Shown: in pieces, positions 63,601-64,000 of the stretch
Layout: each line of letters starts with the position of its first letter
Position numbering within the stretch: position 1 is the first letter of the stretch
Source: Candidatus Poribacteria bacterium
GTDB taxonomy: Bacteria; Poribacteria; WGA-4E; PCPOR2b
Direction of reading: 5' to 3'
Length of the DNA: 64,000 bases
Assembly (NCBI GenBank): GCA_965215015.1
Contig: OZ244042.1
Span: forward strand, 1,120,001-1,184,000
Program-made: the position numbers and the translations under genes
The notes under the pieces: generated by a model
Database searches by the model: none
Told to the model about the DNA's origin: nothing
Seen by the model: only the letters and a program-made list of their open reading frames with translations

Positions 63601-64000
63601 CCAGTGTGGAATTGAAACCCGGTAGTGCCCGTGAAAGTAAACTTGAGATTCCCACTTCTAATCGAACCAGTGTGGAATTGAAACAAGACCAAACGACCTT
63701 TTTCGGACAACCCGGCCGTGCTTCTAATCGAACCAGTGTGGAATTGAAACCGGCACCACCAACAGTGATAGGCCACGATCCAACGGCTTCTAATCGAACC
63801 AGTGTGGAATTGAAACTGGTATATTCTGATACAATCCTTTTTCCTACATCTCCTTCTAATCGAACCAGTGTGGAATTGAAACATTGATAAGAAACTGACG
63901 AGCGGAAGGGAAGCCCCCTTCTAATCGAACCAGTGTGGAATTGAAACAGATTGGTGGGGAGCTCATCAAAGTCCATACTTCAACTTCTAATCGAACCAGT
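51658..64000 (+). CRISPR. CRISPR array, 30-bp repeat CTT(T/C)TAATCGAACCAGTGTGGAATTGAAAC, continues beyond the window
   Basis: Hand count of 147 CTTTT-type repeats (51658..61423) then 39 CTTCT-type (61462 to end, last truncated). Spacers are mostly 34-39 nt. The ATTGAAAC 3' end and leader position give + orientation. Confidence 0.99.

Noticed and set aside
51543-63976. Dozens of ORFs with FQFHTGSIK / FNSTLVRL / FNRTSVELK repeats
   Set aside because: These are translations of the CRISPR repeat, not genes.

Overview
Bacterial chromosome segment containing the replication origin (rpmH <- | dnaA - oriC - dnaN - recF - dciA - gyrB - cupin - gyrA). It continues with housekeeping and secreted-protein genes (ispH, ftsH, folP, yigZ, an atypical gcvH-like gene, ABC-F, PhyH, Gfo/Idh/MocA, SDR, peptidases, PorV-like). 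From about 34.9 kb to the window end lies a composite CRISPR-Cas locus: a CARF-wHTH gene, a type III-A module (cas10-csm2-csm3-csm4 // csm5), a single cas6, a type I-B module (cas8/Cst1 with a hidden internal cas11, cas7, cas5, cas3), cas4-cas1-cas2, a leader and an array that runs off the window (hand count 186 repeats, 185 spacers). Gene content and the GTAG-type REP and heptamer repeats suggest Candidatus Poribacteria or a similar lineage; this is inference only. The most notable signals are in the array: mutually complementary spacer pairs that always leave the 5' 6 or more nt unpaired, overlapping spacers that give a YCR PAM and tile a putative phage prohead-protease gene, seed-variant re-acquisitions, a 71-nt double-hairpin spacer and an abrupt repeat-variant switch. 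Also notable are a cOA-competent Cas10 whose only local CARF partner lacks an obvious nuclease domain, a lipoyl-lysine-less H-protein paralogue, TnpB right-end relics and several decayed genes missed by the ORF track. All family assignments come from motif recognition by eye; no database searches were run.
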